From positions 2,792-66,791 of the forward strand of contig CAWHNV010000045.1 of NCBI GenBank assembly GCA_963830785.1: a stretch of 64,000 nt of DNA, written 5' to 3'. Positions within the stretch are counted from its first letter, which is position 1, and each line of letters starts with the position of its first letter. This document shows positions 60,719-64,000 of this stretch, piece after piece. The position numbers and the translations under genes were made by a program. The notes below the pieces were generated by a model, which worked only from the letters and a program-made list of their open reading frames with translations, did no database searches and was not told the DNA's origin. This DNA comes from an uncultured Acidobacteriota bacterium (GTDB lineage: Bacteria; Acidobacteriota; Terriglobia; Terriglobales; Acidobacteriaceae).

Positions 60719-61096
60719 TTATGGTTCGAAAACCGGCCACGCCGCCGCGAGCCACGCAGGCTCAGAGATCCACTGCACGCACTCAGGATCGGCTTCGAAT
60801 TGCCTGTAGATGGGAACCGCGGGATCGAGGCCCCGTTCTGGATAAACGCGCGGCCCGCGCACGCGCAAATCGGAAGTGCGATATCGCGGATTGGCCTTCC
60901 ATTCGATCCTCGCTCCGCGCAGCAGCGGGAACCAGGCCAGACCGCCGTGCGCGCGCACGCCGTCATACAAGAACGAGTACTGGCGTTCGCAAAGGGCGCC
61001 AAAAAACATGCGCTCGGTGGCGCTGGCGTTGGCCACGAAGTGAGCCCAGTTGGGAGGCACCACCACCTGGTCTCCGGGACCGGCTTCGACAACGCT
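60719..61096 (-). pseudogene. C-terminal remnant of cupin-type glucose-6-phosphate isomerase
   Basis: VEAGPGDQVVVPPNWAH..N; N-terminal half absent. Confidence 0.65.
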
Positions 61097-61099
61097 ATC

Positions 61100-62138
61100 A
61101 ACTATAGGCGGTCGCGCAGAGGATACGACCCGGTCAACTGGTTACATCGTTTTCTTGGCTACGATCGTGGCGATTTCCGGCTTCCTGCTCGGCTTCCGCG
61201 GAACCCTGGTTTCCATGAACCAGATGGCCATCGTAATCGGAATCCTGATTGCATACCTCGTCAATTGGAGCCTGGCGGGATTGGGCGTAAGCAGCTGGCG
61301 CTGGATGCTGGGCGTTGCCATCATCCCCGCCCTGGTTTTTTTCTTTGGACTGCTCGGGGTTCCGGAGAGTCCGCGATGGCTCATCAGTCACGGGCAACCG
61401 GAAAAGGGACGGCAGGTGCTCACGCGATTCCTCGGCGCCACGGATGCCGGTGCCCAACTCACCCAAATGGAACAAGCTGCTGAAGGCGAGCAGGGCTTGT
61501 GGCACGAGGTTTTTGCGCGGCCTATGCGTAGACCTCTCATCATCGCGCTGGGACTCGCGATCCTGTGCCAGATCACCGGAGTCAATGCTGTTCTCTACTA
61601 TGGTTCCATTCTTATCAGCGAACACTTTCAGGGCCAGACAACCAATACTGCCTTGCTGACCAGCGTCACCATGGGTTGCGCAAATCTCATCAGCACACTT
61701 CTGGCCATGCGCTTTCTCGACCGCTGGGACAGGCGCCCTATGCTGCTTACCGCTGCCGGCGGCATGGCGATTTCACTCACCATTCTGGTCTTCGCCTTTC
61801 ACGTTACAGGATTGTCGACTTGGGTAGTTCTGGGAAGTATTATTAGCTACACCGCGTTTGTCGCATTCGGCATGGGGCCGGTTCCGTGGGTTGTGATCGC
61901 GGAGATCTTCCCCAACAAGATTCGGGGCAGAGCGGCTTCGGTCGCTACATCCGCATTGTGGACAGGAACGCTGCTGGTTACGTTCACTTTTCTCTCCCTG
62001 ATTCGGGAACTTGGCGTCTCCGGCACTTTTGCGATTTACGCGCTTCTATCGGCATTGAGCTTTGTCTTCATTTGGAGCATGGTTCCTGAGACGCGGGGCA
62101 AGACCCTGGAAGAAATTCAGCAACAGTGGGAGAGCTGA
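61100..62138 (+). pseudogene. sugar porter MFS transporter with internal deletion
   Basis: TM1 ISGFLLGF joined directly to RGTLVSMNQ; PESPRWL, QITGVN and PETRGKTLEEI present; no clear start. Confidence 0.8.
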
Positions 62139-62141
62139 TCG

Positions 62142-62987
62142 GTGATGAAACGCAGCAAGCAAAATCCTGTAACGCAGCCCGAAGAACCCACTGAGATTGC
62201 GCAGAGCCGGGAAACCCAGCAACAGAGAGTGCAGTTCGTCCTCACATCGCTGCAGGAAACCGGATCGGTGGTGGTTGAGGATCTTGCCGAACAGCTCAAG
62301 GTTTCCGTCGTTACCATTCGCCGCGACCTGGATCAACTGGAGCAGCAGGGACTGTTGCGCCGCACGCACGGCGGAGCCGTCTCCATCGAGCCTTTGTTTT
62401 ATGAGCCCTTCAAGAAAGACCGTTCTTTTCTTGACCAGGTGGAGCGGCAGGCCAACGAGAAGCGCCGCATCGGTCGCGCCGCAGCGGCCATGATCACTCC
62501 GGGTGAAACCATCGCCATCACTCCCGGCACCACTACCGCCGAAATCATCCGCGGCCTGCCTCTCAACTTCAAAATCACCGTGGTCACAAATACCGCCAAC
62601 ATTGCGATGGAGCTTTCCAAACGCAAAGACGTGAACGTGTTCGTTACGGGCGGGCATCTGCACGGAGAATGGTTCTCGCTCGTCGGTCCCACCGCCATCC
62701 GCAGCCTGGAAAACATGCTCATCCATACCATGTTCCTTGGCGCCGACGGCATCGACCCCAAATGGGGCGCGAGTTGCTACAGCTCCGACGAGGCCGAGCT
62801 CAATTCTGCGATGGTGCGGCTCGCGCGCCGTCACATTGCCGTGGTGGACCACACCAAGCTCAACGTGGTTGCAAATTATCGCATCTGCGAAACCAGCATC
62901 TTGAACACCCTGGTTACGGACACAGGAGCGACGGACGAAATGATCGCTCCTTTCCAGAAGCTCGGGGTCAAAGTGCTGCGCGTTTGA
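62142..62987 (+). CDS. DeoR/GlpR family regulator
   Basis: VSVVTIRRDLDQLE...RTHGGA; EKRRIG; GTTT; VVTN. Confidence 0.93.
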   Translation: MMKRSKQNPVTQPEEPTEIAQSRETQQQRVQFVLTSLQETGSVVVEDLAEQLKVSVVTIRRDLDQLEQQGLLRRTHGGAVSIEPLFYEPFKKDRSFLDQVERQANEKRRIGRAAAAMITPGETIAITPGTTTAEIIRGLPLNFKITVVTNTANIAMELSKRKDVNVFVTGGHLHGEWFSLVGPTAIRSLENMLIHTMFLGADGIDPKWGASCYSSDEAELNSAMVRLARRHIAVVDHTKLNVVANYRICETSILNTLVTDTGATDEMIAPFQKLGVKVLRV

Positions 62988-63030
62988 GCGAATCGCTCCC
63001 GGTGCAAGTATCGAAGGGAATCTCGAATTC

Positions 63031-63312
63031 ATGAACCGACGTACCTTCTTGAAGACTTCTGCTGGCACCGCGGCGGTTGCGGCCAGCAGTCCCGGTCTCG
63101 GAGCCATCGCATCTAAATCGCTTCCGGCAGTTCCCTCCCTCGCCAGCCTGGCCAGCGCGCGCATGTCGCACGGATTCATGGAGCTCTTCAATCTTCCGCT
63201 TGCCAGAGCAGGCGGCCGCCAGCAACGCTACACAACTCGAAAACGATCTGAATCGTATGTTTCTCCAGAATTCCTTTACTGCACCGCAACAGAAACAAAC
63301 CGGCCTTCATAA
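63031..63312 (+). pseudogene. truncated Tat-signal protein
   Basis: MNRRTFLK signal peptide and about 30 mature residues, then non-coding-like sequence. Confidence 0.5.
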
Positions 63313-63841
63313 GAAGGAAAACCCGCAGCACAGGACAAGTGCCCTCGGGACTGAACAAGTACCCCCGGGCTTGAACAAGTGATCGACACTCCTGATCGCG
63401 AAAGCGCCGTGCAATAAGGCGGGTGCTGGACGCATCTCAAGCGAGCCCATTTCACTTTTCTATTCGCGGATAAAATACTATTCTCTTGTTCGTTTCTGTG
63501 TCAATCGAACAATTATGGTTTTCTTCGAGAGATGCTGCCATTCGATCAACAATCGCTTTGCGGTCAGCTTCGCCGAAATTCGGCCGGTGGGGAAATGGGG
63601 CGACTTAGCCGGGAATATTTCCGGCTTGGTGTTCAATCGCCAGGGATCAAAGCGAGCGACGGGGAGTCAATCTTCTCGGTCGCGGGCGAGGCCCCGGCGA
63701 TCCCGAAGTAGCTCCAAAAAGTCGCTACTTCCGGATTGGCGGGCGCCGCACTTCCCCAATTCACACGGTAACTCGTTAACCTGTCGTTGCACGAGATAGA
63801 CAATTCCTGCGGAGCACAGGAACTTCGCGAGGCACAGCGAC

Positions 63842-64000
63842 TTACTTTGCGGCAACCGACAGCGGAACTTCGAGGGATCCGATGTGGCCGCTGCTCAGGT
63901 CGTAGACCGCGATGCGCAGAGAGAAGTTGCCCGCAGGCAAATCGAGTTCCATGCGCACCGGAAAGCCCGAGGCCCGGACCTTGGCATAGCGCTCCGCGTC
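63842..64000 (-). CDS. C-terminus of acidobacterial VWA-related protein (partial)
   Basis: ELDLPAGNFSLRIAVYDLSSGHIGSLEVPL..*. Confidence 0.7.
   Translation of the reverse strand, partial: DAERYAKVRASGFPVRMELDLPAGNFSLRIAVYDLSSGHIGSLEVPLSVAAK

Noticed and set aside
60700-61101. 134-aa extension of the glycoside hydrolase ORF
   Set aside because: The Tat signal begins at 60699; the upstream DNA encodes the GPI remnant in another frame.

Overview
A GC-rich chromosomal segment, probably from an Acidobacteriota (Terriglobia-like) genome. That taxon is inferred from gene types (VWA-related C-terminus, Ig-like surface protein, REP-like repeats), not from a search. The main structure is a ~27.8 kb integrative element inserted in tRNA-Pro(TGG), bounded by an exact 50-bp direct repeat (5414-5463 and 33183-33232). 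Its core is a Dam-type MTase, a VirD4/TraD-like coupling ATPase, a Replic_Relax relaxase, an Xis-like HTH and a tyrosine integrase placed mid-element, followed by an uncharacterised membrane/VWA-lipoprotein module. No VirB4 or other mating-pair genes are recognisable. Cargo on both sides looks mostly defence- or surface-related: a PHP-ABC/SMC ATPase (Ppl/TrlF-like), a large serine recombinase with XRE and RuvC-like neighbours, a Patescibacteria-style pilin fused to a 6-bladed NHL propeller, a wHTH + GHKL ATPase + partner + convergent MTase cassette, and a PUA-like + EVE-like/NucS pair. Outside the island are glgP, c-di-GMP proteins, tRNA-His with an integrase remnant, cysS, hicBA, an IS91-type integrase/transposase element, DUF885, an ABC-F ATPase and a sugar-utilisation locus with three truncations. 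At least five single-base frameshifts are scattered through the window and may be assembly errors. All family assignments come from motif reading only; no searches were run.
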